Shown: positions 48,670 through 58,632 of the stretch, piece by piece
Layout: each line of letters opens with the position of its first letter
Position numbering within the stretch: the stretch's first letter is position 1
Notes under the pieces: generated by a model
The model's database searches: none
Told to the model about the DNA's origin: nothing
What the model saw: the letters and a program-made list of their open reading frames with translations, nothing else
Translations under genes and position numbers: made by a program
Assembly (NCBI GenBank): GCA_017620635.1
Contig: JAGAUV010000008.1
Coordinates: 13,883 to 77,882, forward strand
Length of the DNA stretch: 64,000 nt
Direction of reading: 5' to 3'
Source: Muribaculaceae bacterium
Lineage (GTDB): Bacteria > Bacteroidota > Bacteroidia > Bacteroidales > Muribaculaceae

Positions 48670-51288
48670 TTAGTTGCCGAACAGACGTTCTACATCATCG
48701 GGCGTCATCAACACCTGACGCGGTTTCTGACCGTTGGCGGCACCGACAATGCCGAGCTGCTGCATCTGGTCCATAAAGCGGCCGGCCTTGTTGAAACCGA
48801 TCTCGAATTTACGCTGCAGCATGGTTATCGACGCCTGACTCTGGGTTGCGATAAACATAGCGCAGGCCTTGAACTCGTCGGTAATCTTTATGTCGGTAGC
48901 CTGTACGTCGCTGCCCTCCTCTGTCGGTGGGTCAGGCAGGAGATAACAGCCGGAGAAGCCGGGCTGGCTGCCTATATACTTGCATATGGCCTCCACCTCG
49001 GGGGTGTCGACGAGCGCACACTGCACTCGCTCTATTATGCCGTTGTACATTACCAGCATATCGCCGCGGCCTATAAGCTGCTGGGCTCCTGGTCGGTCGA
49101 GGATGGTGCGGCTGTCGACGCTCTGTGTTACCTTGAATGATATACGAGCCGGGAAGTTGGCTTTGATCTTGCCCGTGATGATATCGGTCGACGGGCGCTG
49201 TGTCGCGATGATGACATGGATACCCACCGCACGTGCCTTCTGGGCGATACGGCAGATCGCTACCGAAATATCCTTGTCGGCTGTCATTACCAGGTCGGCA
49301 TACTCGTCGACAATAAGCACGATATAGGGCAGGAAGTGATGTCCGTCCTCTGGATTGAGCATGCGGCTGCGGAAACGCTCGTTGTACATCTCCACCTCAC
49401 GCACGCCGGCCTTCTTCAACAGCTCGTAACGGTCGTCCATCTCCTTGCACAGTGAGTTTAGCGTATCCGTTACCTTGGCCGGATCGGTAATCACCGCGCT
49501 CTCCTCATCAGGTATCTTGGCCATATACTGGCGGTCGATCGACGAATAGAGCGAGAACTCTACCATCTTGGGGTCGACAAGGATAAATTTAAGCTCGTCG
49601 GGACGCTTTGAGTAAAGCAGCGAGGTTATGATGCAGTTAAGACCTACCGACTTGCCCTGACCTGTGGCGCCGGCCACAAGCAGGTGTGGCATCTTGGTAA
49701 GGTCGACCATGAAAATCTTGTTTGCGATGGTCGATCCGAGAGCCATCGGCAGACGCATCCGTGTATTCTGGAAAGTGTCAGATTCGAGGATTGAACGCAT
49801 CGACACTATCTGTGGCTTGTTGTTGGGCACCTCGATGCCTATGGTTCCTTTGCCGGGGATAGGCGCGATAATTCGGATGCCGAGTGCCGACAGATTCATG
49901 GCGATGTCGTCCTCGAGGCTGCGTATCTTGGATATGCGTGTTCCCTGGGTGGGTACGATCTCGTATAGCGTTACTGTCGGGCCGATGGTCGACTTGATCT
50001 GCTCTATCTCTACCTGATAGCTGCGGAGGGCGTTCACGATGAGTTCGCGGCTTGCGGCCTGTTCTTCTTCATCGACAGTGTAAGTCTTTGGCCTGTCGAT
50101 AAGAAGATCGAGCGGAGGGAACTCATAGTCGGGGTGCTCTGCATTGACATCGTAGGGCTGGTCGAGGCCGATATGGTCGCCGTGGCGTATAATGTTTTCG
50201 GTCGGTTCGTTGTCGCAGCTTGAGGTGTCGAGACTGTCGCTGACTACTATTACCTCAGGATCCTTGACTTCCGTCTTTTCCTCAGTGTTCTTCTCTTCAG
50301 GAATATTTTCTTCTTCAGGCTGTGGGCCGACAGGTTTTTCCGGCTCGATATCCTTGCTGTCGTCCTCAAAATCGTCGAGCGCGGCCGGCGGCATGAACCG
50401 TGAATGGTCGGTCTCTGTCACATGCTGAGGTATTTCCTCCTCGGCATCAGACTGGTCGGCGATATTTTCATCGGGAGTGCCGAGAGAGTCAAGCGCCGAT
50501 GTCTCGGGTTCGCTCTCTTCGGCTGCCTGCACCTTACGTTTGGGCATATTGCGCTTGATAGCGGCAAAGAACTGCTTGATAGGGTTGAGATATACCGCAA
50601 CAAGAAGACCGGCGAGAAGCACCGAGACGGCGTATGCGCCAAGTGCGTCGGAGTACTTTATAATCAGCTGGTTGATATAATATCCATGCTCGCCGCCGAT
50701 ATGGAACATGTCGGATCTGTTGAGGCTGAAAAGGCCGCAGACCACCGACAGGGCAACGGTAGTGAACAGGCATCTGAAAGTGAATCTGAAGAAACTGATG
50801 TGGCAAAGCTGCATTATTGCCAGACCTATCACAAACAGATATACGACCATGACAAACGACCCGATGCCGAAGGTGTCGACGAGCAGCCACTCTGCCATCT
50901 TTGCGCCGAAAGCACCGAATGCATTGTTTACCTGTTCACCTGAATCGACGATCTGTTGTATGCTGTGTCCGTGTACGATACTCTGGTCGGCTGCCGAATT
51001 GAAAAGGAACGATATTGTGCAGCCGGCCATTACCAGAGCGACAAGGCACAGGAATATGCCGAAGCCGAGATGTGTACGGCCGTCACGCAGGAAGTCTATG
51101 AATGTGTACTTCGGTTTTGCCGGCCTTGCGCTGCGTCGGGCCTGGGCCTGATTTCTGCGCGGAGCTGACGGCCCGGCACTATCGGGTGTCGGACGTCGAG
51201 GTGCTGTTGCCCTTGGCGCCGGCCGTGTGCGGCCGCCTAAGGCTGCATCGTTTTCAAATTCGTCAATGGAGGGAGTTATTCTGGGCAT
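48670..51288 (-). CDS. ftsK: DNA translocase FtsK
   Basis: N-terminal transmembrane segments, acidic linker, HLLVAGATGQGKS, ATQRPS, GRGDML, gamma domain. Confidence 0.97.
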   Translation of the reverse strand: MPRITPSIDEFENDAALGGRTRPAPRATAPRRPTPDSAGPSAPRRNQAQARRSARPAKPKYTFIDFLRDGRTHLGFGIFLCLVALVMAGCTISFLFNSAADQSIVHGHSIQQIVDSGEQVNNAFGAFGAKMAEWLLVDTFGIGSFVMVVYLFVIGLAIMQLCHISFFRFTFRCLFTTVALSVVCGLFSLNRSDMFHIGGEHGYYINQLIIKYSDALGAYAVSVLLAGLLVAVYLNPIKQFFAAIKRNMPKRKVQAAEESEPETSALDSLGTPDENIADQSDAEEEIPQHVTETDHSRFMPPAALDDFEDDSKDIEPEKPVGPQPEEENIPEEKNTEEKTEVKDPEVIVVSDSLDTSSCDNEPTENIIRHGDHIGLDQPYDVNAEHPDYEFPPLDLLIDRPKTYTVDEEEQAASRELIVNALRSYQVEIEQIKSTIGPTVTLYEIVPTQGTRISKIRSLEDDIAMNLSALGIRIIAPIPGKGTIGIEVPNNKPQIVSMRSILESDTFQNTRMRLPMALGSTIANKIFMVDLTKMPHLLVAGATGQGKSVGLNCIITSLLYSKRPDELKFILVDPKMVEFSLYSSIDRQYMAKIPDEESAVITDPAKVTDTLNSLCKEMDDRYELLKKAGVREVEMYNERFRSRMLNPEDGHHFLPYIVLIVDEYADLVMTADKDISVAICRIAQKARAVGIHVIIATQRPSTDIITGKIKANFPARISFKVTQSVDSRTILDRPGAQQLIGRGDMLVMYNGIIERVQCALVDTPEVEAICKYIGSQPGFSGCYLLPDPPTEEGSDVQATDIKITDEFKACAMFIATQSQASITMLQRKFEIGFNKAGRFMDQMQQLGIVGAANGQKPRQVLMTPDDVERLFGN

Positions 51289-51326
51289 TATTCGTCTGTG
51301 TTAATGTGGTTAAGAGAGCTCGAAAA

Positions 51327-51971
51327 TTAAAGGGCGGCGAGTGTAGCTATGGCCTCAAGCGGATCTTTGGCGCCGAAGACAGCGCTGCCGGCTACAAGCA
51401 CATCCGCGCCTGCCTGGGCAGCAAGAGCGCCGGTCTCGGCATTGATACCGCCGTCTACTTCTATGAGCGTGTCGCTGCCGGCCTCCTCTATCAATGCTTT
51501 AAGCTCGGCAATTTTTGTAAGCGAGTGCCTGATAAAATGCTGACCGCCGAAACCGGGATTGACACTCATCAGAAGCACCATCTCGAGATCGCCGACGATA
51601 TCGCGGAGCATACTTACTGGCGTGGCCGGGTTGAGCGTGACCGCTGCTTTCATCCCTGCATCATGTATATGCTGTACGACACGGTGGAGGTGTGTGCAGG
51701 CCTCGTAATGCACATTCATTATCATGGCTCCGCAATCGCGTACGGCTCCTACATAACGGTCGGGATCGACTATCATCAGGTGTACGTCGAGAGGCATGTC
51801 GCTGATCTCCTTGACAGCCTTTATGACAGGAAATCCGAATGATATGTTGGGGACGAACACTCCGTCCATCACATCGCAGTGAATCCATTGAGCCTGGCTG
51901 CGTTCGAGCATGTCTACATCTTCGGCAAGACGCGCGAAGTCGGCGGATAATATAGATGGTGCAACTATCAT
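51327..51971 (-). CDS. rpe: Ribulose-phosphate 3-epimerase
   Basis: APSILSADF, HCDVMDG.FVPN, MSVNPGFGGQ, VDGG. Confidence 0.98.
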   Translation of the reverse strand: MIVAPSILSADFARLAEDVDMLERSQAQWIHCDVMDGVFVPNISFGFPVIKAVKEISDMPLDVHLMIVDPDRYVGAVRDCGAMIMNVHYEACTHLHRVVQHIHDAGMKAAVTLNPATPVSMLRDIVGDLEMVLLMSVNPGFGGQHFIRHSLTKIAELKALIEEAGSDTLIEVDGGINAETGALAAQAGADVLVAGSAVFGAKDPLEAIATLAAL

Positions 51972-52645
51972 TTCTTACTCTCTTTCTTCTTAAATGCGTT
52001 ATACAAAATATAGGCGACACAAAGCAGAAGCAGTATCAGGCCGCCGATCGACAGATAGGTGTTATACTGCTCCACCGCAGCATAAAGCTGGTCGAGGCTG
52101 ACGTGCATCGACAGCCACCAGCCGAGGCCGGCAAGGATAGAGTTCCAGACCAGCGCGCCAAGAGCGGTGTACAGGCAGAATATCCATATGTTCATTCTCG
52201 CGATTCCGGCAGGTATCGATATGAGCTGTCGCACAGCCGGAATAAGTCGGCCGATAAAAGTGCTGAGCGCTCCGTGACGGTCGAAATACAATTCGGCCTT
52301 TTCCACTTTCTTCTGATCGATAAGACAGGCATGGCCGAAACGCGAATTGGCGAATGCATAGACTATCGGACGGCCGATAAGCAGGGCAAGAACATAATTG
52401 ATAAGTGCTCCGACAAGAGCGCCTGCAGTAGCCACTGCGACTACGGCAAATATGTTCATGTCGCCTCGTTGCATGGCCAGGAAAGCGGCAGGGGGGACGA
52501 CGACTTCACTCGGGAACGGAATGAAGGAGCTTTCTATCATCATGAAAATGAACACAAAGAGATAGGAAGCATTGTTGACAAACCAATCAAAAAACCATGC
52601 CGCGTTGAGATAGTCGGTAATTGCGAGGGATATAAATAGGTCCAT
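51968..52645 (-). CDS. DedA family membrane protein
   Basis: ESSFIPFPSEVV, GRLIPAVRQLISIPAG. Confidence 0.93.
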   Translation of the reverse strand: MDLFISLAITDYLNAAWFFDWFVNNASYLFVFIFMMIESSFIPFPSEVVVPPAAFLAMQRGDMNIFAVVAVATAGALVGALINYVLALLIGRPIVYAFANSRFGHACLIDQKKVEKAELYFDRHGALSTFIGRLIPAVRQLISIPAGIARMNIWIFCLYTALGALVWNSILAGLGWWLSMHVSLDQLYAAVEQYNTYLSIGGLILLLLCVAYILYNAFKKKESKK

Positions 52646-52712
52646 AACATCGAATTTTATGCAAAGTTAAACAAAAATTCGCGGCTTGGATGCCTAAAAA
52701 TCAGAAATTTTG

Positions 52713-53285
52713 CTAATCGTCTTCGACCAAGGATTGTAATTCCGCCTTCATCCGGTGCACAAGTGCCGACATACGAATGTATTTGATGGTGCCGAAGATC
52801 AATCCGCCGACAAGACCGAAAATGAAGGCTGTAACCATACTGTAATCATCTCTGTCGATTGCGAAGTAGAACATTGTAGCGACCAATATACAGCCCACAA
52901 AGATGCCGACCGAACGGATATAACGCTGGTATCGAGCTATTTTGATGGCAATAGACAATGCCTCGACAGTAGGTACGGACGTGTAGTCGCAATTTTTGAT
53001 GTATCTGGCGAAACAATAGTTGACCACACCCATCACGATGCCGAATACCGCATATAGGACAGCGAGCCATACGGGCAGATCAAGAATGATGACAAGAGCC
53101 GGAGCCAGAGACGGCAACAATATGGCACAAACGCTTGACCGACGGTAATATGACGCCAGTTTGTCACGGGCTGTCTGTGCCCTGCCGGTAGCCAGCTCAC
53201 GGGCGAGGCGCAGATTATCCGCCTTCAACAGCTCATTGTTTATACAAGCTTTATTCCAGTTCTGTTTGAGTTCTTCGAAATCCAT
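52713..53285 (-). CDS. Membrane protein, putative anti-sigma factor
   Basis: N-terminus MDFEELKQNW then about 4 transmembrane segments; follows the ECF sigma gene. Confidence 0.65.
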   Translation of the reverse strand: MDFEELKQNWNKACINNELLKADNLRLARELATGRAQTARDKLASYYRRSSVCAILLPSLAPALVIILDLPVWLAVLYAVFGIVMGVVNYCFARYIKNCDYTSVPTVEALSIAIKIARYQRYIRSVGIFVGCILVATMFYFAIDRDDYSMVTAFIFGLVGGLIFGTIKYIRMSALVHRMKAELQSLVEDD

Positions 53286-53288
53286 AGG

Positions 53289-53804
53289 TCATTTGTTTAA
53301 GGCTGCCAGTTTCGTCAATCTTTCTTTAGCACGATGTAATCTCACGGCGACATTGCTTTGGCTAAGACCGGTAATACCGGCTATTTCCTCATAAGATTTT
53401 TCGTCGAGCCATAGTGTTACAAGTGCTTTGTCCACAGGACCAAGCATAGATATGAGACGGTACAATTCTCGATAGTCTTCCATAGCCGATGCGCCGGCGT
53501 CGGTATCAGCCGGTTCGAGGAGCATATCGTCGAGCCGGTCGGTATCGCGCTTGCCGTATCGGGCATTTCTGCGATGCCAGGTAATGCATGTGTTGATAGC
53601 CGTGCGGTAGATCCATGTAGATATTTTGGCATCGCCGCGGTAGCTTTCAAGCCCTTGCCATAAATTGATCAGGACTTCCTGGTAGAGATCTTCGAAACTT
53701 GCATACGCATTCGAGTAGAGATAACAAACCTTGGCTATGACTTCTTTATACTGATCTGTCACAGCCAGAAAGCTTCTCTCCTTATCGGCAGCATTTTGTT
53801 TCAT
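53289..53804 (-). CDS. ECF sigma-70 family factor
   Basis: DLYQEVLINLW, STWIYRTAIN, KSYEEIAGITG...V.VRL.R. Start refined to 53804. Confidence 0.95.
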   Translation of the reverse strand: MKQNAADKERSFLAVTDQYKEVIAKVCYLYSNAYASFEDLYQEVLINLWQGLESYRGDAKISTWIYRTAINTCITWHRRNARYGKRDTDRLDDMLLEPADTDAGASAMEDYRELYRLISMLGPVDKALVTLWLDEKSYEEIAGITGLSQSNVAVRLHRAKERLTKLAALNK

Positions 53805-53811
53805 CTGATCT

Positions 53812-53841
53812 TTAGACGATGCAAATTTATCAATAATTACA
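53812..53841 (-). promoter_or_regulatory. Candidate ECF autoregulatory promoter TGTAAT-N17-CGTCTAA, overlapping a TAAATTTG box
   Basis: Same CGTCTAA element as upstream of the other ECF gene. Confidence 0.45.
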
Positions 53842-53877
53842 TTTTGCATATGTTAAAGATTGTATAAATGCTTGCAG

Positions 53878-53893
53878 AACTAAAAACATAGTT
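53878..53893. promoter_or_regulatory. Palindromic operator 1 (AACTA-N6-TAGTT), probable BlaI site
   Basis: aacta aaaaca tagtt, just upstream of the TATCTTTG -7 box (53895-53902). Confidence 0.7.
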
Positions 53894-53909
53894 ATATCTT
53901 TGTGATGTC

Positions 53910-53925
53910 AACTAAACAATTAGTT
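53910..53925. promoter_or_regulatory. Palindromic operator 2 (AACTA-N6-TAGTT), probable BlaI site
   Basis: aacta aacaat tagtt, abutting the blaI ATG. Confidence 0.7.
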
Positions 53926-54312
53926 ATGCCAAGAACAAAAAACAAATACCCACGACTTACCGAACGCGAGACAGAGATAATGGAACAACTCTGGGAGAAA
54001 GGCGCGCTGACAGTGCGACAGTTGCTCGAGACCTACCCCGACCCCAAGCCTCATGTCAATACTGTATCGACAACTGTGAGAATACTCGAAGAAAAGGGTT
54101 ATGTCTCACACGACGCCGACTCGAGCAAGCCCTTCCGCTACTACGCCATCGCCACAGCCGGCGATTTCGCCGGGCGGAGTCTCGCTCAGGTAATCAAAAG
54201 CTACTTCAACAACTCTTATACTTCGGCTGTTTCGGCCCTTGTTGAAGAAGAGAAGATCTCTGTAGACGAGCTGAAACAGATTATCGAGATGGTCGAACGC
54301 AACAAACAATAA
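53926..54312 (+). CDS. BlaI/MecI/CopY family repressor
   Basis: LTERE.EIM..LW, NTVSTTVR.LE.KG.V, YFNNS....V..LV. Start refined to 53926. Confidence 0.93.
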   Translation: MPRTKNKYPRLTERETEIMEQLWEKGALTVRQLLETYPDPKPHVNTVSTTVRILEEKGYVSHDADSSKPFRYYAIATAGDFAGRSLAQVIKSYFNNSYTSAVSALVEEEKISVDELKQIIEMVERNKQ

Positions 54313-54316
54313 TGAC

Positions 54317-55567
54317 ATGGGAATATTCGCGGCATATACATTCGCTTCCGGCATCTATCTGCTGGCGGCATACCTGATGTACAAATGGCTCTTGTCGGGC
54401 GAGAATCAGTCGGCATTCAACAGAGTTATCATACTGACCCTCTATGCCTTTTCCATGATTATGCCACTCTTCCCCTCGGTCAGCTTTACGATAAACGGCG
54501 CGACTATTGCCGTGCCTGAAATAGAAATAGGGAATCCCGATATAGCTGTAATAGGCGGCGCCACGATACACTGGACCACTATAGCCGTATATGTATATTT
54601 CATCGGCATGGCCATTGTGGCGATAACGACCTCGATTTCCTTCTTCCGTCTGATCTCTATTATAAAGAAAGGTCGTAAAGTAGAAGCCGGAAACTATACT
54701 ATAATATTGCTGCCGACAAGCGAACTGGCGCCATTCAGTTGGCTGCGATATATTGTAATGAGTGAATCGGATTATGCGGAATCGCGAGAAATGATTGTAT
54801 GTCACGAAAACTCGCATCTGCACCTCCTGCACTGGATCGATCTGCTGTTTGCGCAACTTGCAGTGATTGTGCTATGGTATAATCCGGCTTCATGGCTTAT
54901 GCGCACAGAGCTTCGCAATGTGCACGAATATCAGGCGGATAATGCCGTACTGAAGAGCGGTGCGGACGCAAGCCACTATCAATTGCTATTAATAAAAAAG
55001 GCTGTCGGCCAGAGATTCCCGTCGCTTGCCAACAGCCTGAACCACAGTAAACTTAAAAAACGTATTACTATGATGTGTAATCCAAAAACGGGCAAGGGGC
55101 GCAGGATGCGTGCTCTCGCCGTAGTGCCGGCATTTGCCGCCGCACTGGTGCTAACCAACATTCCGTCGGTAGCGAATACCGTATCGAAAGTGGCAGAAGC
55201 GCCACTGACCGAAACCATCGGCAAAGTTATAGAAAAAACTGATGCCGTACAAAAACCGCTGGACAAACCGGATGTACTACCCGAGTTCGTCGGTGGGGAA
55301 GAAGCCATGTTCAAGTACCTTATCGATACTATAATCTACCCTGAAGTGGCTGCAACGCGTGGAGAACAAGGTCGTGTGGTGGTAAGTTTTATAGTAGAGG
55401 CCGACGGCTCTATATCGAACTGTGAGGTTGTGGGAAAATGTACGCCCGAACTCGATGCGGAAGCAATACGTGTTGTCAGCAATATGCCGAAATGGATCCC
55501 CGGCAGGTCGGGAGGTGCTCCCGTACGATGCACATATACTTTGCCGATAAGCTTCAAGCTCAACTAA
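54317..55567 (+). CDS. BlaR1-type M56 metallopeptidase fused to a TonB C-terminal domain
   Basis: Transmembrane segments, PFSW, HENSH, WYNP, HEYQAD, LKKRITMM; C-terminal PEF.GG..YP..A..G.QG.V.V.F.V..DG. Confidence 0.9.
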   Translation: MGIFAAYTFASGIYLLAAYLMYKWLLSGENQSAFNRVIILTLYAFSMIMPLFPSVSFTINGATIAVPEIEIGNPDIAVIGGATIHWTTIAVYVYFIGMAIVAITTSISFFRLISIIKKGRKVEAGNYTIILLPTSELAPFSWLRYIVMSESDYAESREMIVCHENSHLHLLHWIDLLFAQLAVIVLWYNPASWLMRTELRNVHEYQADNAVLKSGADASHYQLLLIKKAVGQRFPSLANSLNHSKLKKRITMMCNPKTGKGRRMRALAVVPAFAAALVLTNIPSVANTVSKVAEAPLTETIGKVIEKTDAVQKPLDKPDVLPEFVGGEEAMFKYLIDTIIYPEVAATRGEQGRVVVSFIVEADGSISNCEVVGKCTPELDAEAIRVVSNMPKWIPGRSGGAPVRCTYTLPISFKLN

Positions 55568-55593
55568 GCAAACCGTATAATCTACAATAGATC

Positions 55594-55636
55594 AGGCAGG
55601 GAGGAGCTCTTAGCTTCATTCCCTGCCTTTGTTTTT
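55594..55636 (+). terminator. Intrinsic terminator after the blaR-like gene
   Basis: aggcaggga...tccctgcct hairpin followed by ttgttttt. Confidence 0.75.
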
Positions 55637-55719
55637 GGCGGCCGCGACAAAGCAATATTTCAAATGTTTTGATTTTGTCGGGACAGGTCTGTTCGATTTT
55701 GCTTAACTTTGCAGTCGAA

Positions 55720-57159
55720 ATGGCAGACATATCATTAATACAAAACGGAGAATCCCTGAATCTCAGGCAGCAGATAGCGCTGACCGCCAAATTGTCGGTA
55801 CCGGCTATAATCGCCCAGCTATCCACCATCATGATGCAATATATCGATGCGTCGATGGTGGGTCATCTTGGTGCTGACGCATCGGCCTCGGTCGGGCTTA
55901 TGAATTCGAGCCTATGGATGTTCTGGGGCGTATGTTCTACATTCACAATGGGTTTCTCTGTACAGGTGGCGCATCGTCTCGGCGCCCGGGACGGCCTCGG
56001 CGCCCGAGCAGTATTAAGACAGGGTATTGTCGCCTGTGTCATTGCCGGAACGCTGATGGCTCTTTTGGGGCTCGGCATATCCGGGCAGCTGCCGGTGTGG
56101 CTGGGCGGTAATCCGGATATCTGCCACGGCGCATCTGTCTATTTCGCTACTTTTGTGGCGGCATTGCCGGTACTGATACTCAACTATCTTGCAGGCGGCA
56201 TGCTCAGGTGCGCCGGCAATATGAAAATTCCCGGACTGTTCAATGTGGGCATGTGTATCCTCGATGTCGTGTTCAATTTCTTTCTCATCTTTCCGACACG
56301 TACGGTCGGTATTTTCGGTGCGGAAATGACACTTCCGGGCGCCGATCTGGGTATATTGGGCGCCGCATTGGGTACTGTCGCTGCAGAGTGCATATGCGCG
56401 AGCGCCATGATGTACTGGGTGTGCCGCAGACAGCACGACCTGTGCTTGAAAGGGATTGAGGCACGCAAAAACTACCGCCCCACCCCGTCGGTGCTTAAAC
56501 GTGCGGCCGGAATCGCAGTGCCTATGACTGTAGAGCATATAGTTTTTTGCGGCGCCCAGATCATGGTTACCGTCATCGTGGCACCATTGGGCGTGGTGGC
56601 GATCGCAGCCAACGCATTCGCCGTGACAGCCGAGAGCCTCTGCTACATGCCCGGCTTCGGTATTGGGGAGGCTGCCACGACGCTGTGCGGACAGTCGTAT
56701 GGCGCCGGCAGATTCGATCTGGTCAAACGGTTCGCCCACCTCACAACGCTGCTGGGAATGCTTGTGATGACAATTATGGCAGTGGCGATGTATGTCTGCG
56801 CCGACGCGATGATGGGTATCATGACTCCGGTAGAAAGCATACGTACCCTCGGCGCTCAGATCCTGCGTATAGAAGCCTGGGCCGAGCCGATGTATGCGGC
56901 GTCGATAGTAGCATATGGCGCGTTTGTCGGAGTCGGCGACACGATACTGCCGGCAACGATGAATTTCGGCAGCATATGGCTTGTGCGCATACCGCTGGCG
57001 GCCCTGCTTGCTCCGGCTTACGGACTCAAAGGCGTATGGATAGCCATGTGTGCCGAGCTTGTGTTCAGAGGTCTTATATTCCTTGCGAGACTGTACCGCG
57101 GACATTGGCTTAAACTCGGCAAGACGCCTGAAAACACAGTGCCTGAAATAGAAGTGTGA
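55720..57159 (+). CDS. MATE family efflux transporter
   Basis: DASMVGHLG, GN.K.P, G..GAALGT, second repeat GDT..P. Start refined to 55720 after TAACTTTG at 55704. Confidence 0.93.
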   Translation: MADISLIQNGESLNLRQQIALTAKLSVPAIIAQLSTIMMQYIDASMVGHLGADASASVGLMNSSLWMFWGVCSTFTMGFSVQVAHRLGARDGLGARAVLRQGIVACVIAGTLMALLGLGISGQLPVWLGGNPDICHGASVYFATFVAALPVLILNYLAGGMLRCAGNMKIPGLFNVGMCILDVVFNFFLIFPTRTVGIFGAEMTLPGADLGILGAALGTVAAECICASAMMYWVCRRQHDLCLKGIEARKNYRPTPSVLKRAAGIAVPMTVEHIVFCGAQIMVTVIVAPLGVVAIAANAFAVTAESLCYMPGFGIGEAATTLCGQSYGAGRFDLVKRFAHLTTLLGMLVMTIMAVAMYVCADAMMGIMTPVESIRTLGAQILRIEAWAEPMYAASIVAYGAFVGVGDTILPATMNFGSIWLVRIPLAALLAPAYGLKGVWIAMCAELVFRGLIFLARLYRGHWLKLGKTPENTVPEIEV

Positions 57160-57256
57160 GCCGGGCTGTAATTATCGGATATTTACTTCTGTTATATAAT
57201 GTTAAGATATTAGTTTTTGATTAGCCGGAATTTAATGAATTTTAGCTAAAAATGAC

Positions 57257-57264
57257 TAACTTTG
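57257..57264 (+). promoter_or_regulatory. -7 box (TAACTTTG) of the nqr operon
   Basis: TAnnTTTG about 31 nt upstream of the nqrA ATG. Confidence 0.65.
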
Positions 57265-57295
57265 CAGAATATTAGACATTTTCACATTGAGAGAT

Positions 57296-58630
57296 ATGAA
57301 ATTAAAGCTCAAAAAGGGGTTGAATCTCAATATCGCCGGTGGTTTGAACTCTGATACTCAAATAATTGATTTGAATGTCGGACTCTATGCTATCGTCCCC
57401 GACGATTTTCCCGGTTTCGTACCCAAGGCGAGTGTCCACGACGGCGATGAAGTAGCTGTCGGGACTCCACTGCTTTTCGACAAAAATCATCCGGAAGTCA
57501 AGCTTGTATCACCGGTGGCAGGCCGTGTAAGGTCTGTTGTCCGTGGAGAACGACGCAAAATAATGCGTGTAGAAGTCGAGGCTTCCGATACCGCTGTCGA
57601 ATCGCCCGAATTACCTAAACCGACAGACAAGAAATCGGCATGCAGTTTCCTTGCAGAGTCGGGCCTGCTGGCAATGTTGCGCCAGCGTCCATACGACATA
57701 GTTCCGAATCCTGATGATTCCGTAAGGGATATTTTCGTGACAGCACTCGACACGGCCCCCTTAGCCGCACCTGCATCGGTGTACTCGTCGATTTTCGGTA
57801 AGGAAGATTATGAAGAGGGCGTGAAAGTGCTCAGGCTGATAAGCAATGGCAAAGTATATATCAGCCACGGCGCGGACTTCGAGTACGGCAATATCAGCGG
57901 CGCCGAGATGGTAGAGGTAAGCGGCCTTCATCCGGCAGGAAACGCCGGCGTACAGGCAGCCAATATAGCACCGGTCAACAAAGGCGAGACCATCTGGACA
58001 CTCGACATAGAGACTCTCGGCAGAATAGGCCGTCTGGCAAAGGGTCAGCGCAATTTTGAGACCGTTGTGGCTCTCGTAGGACCTGAAGTAGAAAAACCGT
58101 CGCTCTTCAAGACTGTCATCGGTGCTGAAGTGGCACCTATTCTGGCAGGCAACCTCGGCAATACTGAGCACCACCGCAGAATCATAAGCGGCAATGTGCT
58201 TACCGGCAATGTGGTCGGCCCCGAGGGCTTCCTCCGCTATCCTTACCGACAGATCACGGTAATAGCTGAAGGCGACGACAAGGATGAATTTATGGGCTGG
58301 GCATCCCTCGCGCCCTCAAAGATGAGCGAGAGCCCTTCATTCCCCGGTCATTTCCTCAAACGCAGTTTCCGCCCCGACGCCCGTCTCAACGGTGGCCGCA
58401 GAGCGATGATTATGAGCGGCCAGTATGACAAGGTAATGCCTATGGATATACTGCCCGAGTACTTGATCAAGGCAATCATTTCTAAAAATATCGAGGACAT
58501 GGAACGCCTCGGCATATATGAGGTAGCTCCGGAAGATTTTGCCGCAGCAGAATATGTCGACACATCCAAGCTGCCGTTGCAGCAGATAGTAAGAGATGGA
58601 CTCGATTATATCCGTAAAGAACTTGAATAA
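57296..58630 (+). CDS. nqrA: Na+-translocating NADH:quinone reductase subunit A
   Basis: KKGLNL.I.G, RGERRK, HPAGN.G, RIISGNVLTG; operon order. Confidence 0.96.
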   Translation: MKLKLKKGLNLNIAGGLNSDTQIIDLNVGLYAIVPDDFPGFVPKASVHDGDEVAVGTPLLFDKNHPEVKLVSPVAGRVRSVVRGERRKIMRVEVEASDTAVESPELPKPTDKKSACSFLAESGLLAMLRQRPYDIVPNPDDSVRDIFVTALDTAPLAAPASVYSSIFGKEDYEEGVKVLRLISNGKVYISHGADFEYGNISGAEMVEVSGLHPAGNAGVQAANIAPVNKGETIWTLDIETLGRIGRLAKGQRNFETVVALVGPEVEKPSLFKTVIGAEVAPILAGNLGNTEHHRRIISGNVLTGNVVGPEGFLRYPYRQITVIAEGDDKDEFMGWASLAPSKMSESPSFPGHFLKRSFRPDARLNGGRRAMIMSGQYDKVMPMDILPEYLIKAIISKNIEDMERLGIYEVAPEDFAAAEYVDTSKLPLQQIVRDGLDYIRKELE

Positions 58631-58632
58631 CG

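Noticed and set aside
50200-50540. Low-complexity acidic/Pro-rich stretch in ftsK
   Set aside because: Normal FtsK linker with no DNA-level tandem repeat.
53831-53858. XerD-arm-like atatgttaaag
   Set aside because: No matching XerC arm at 6-bp spacing; it lies within a divergent promoter region.
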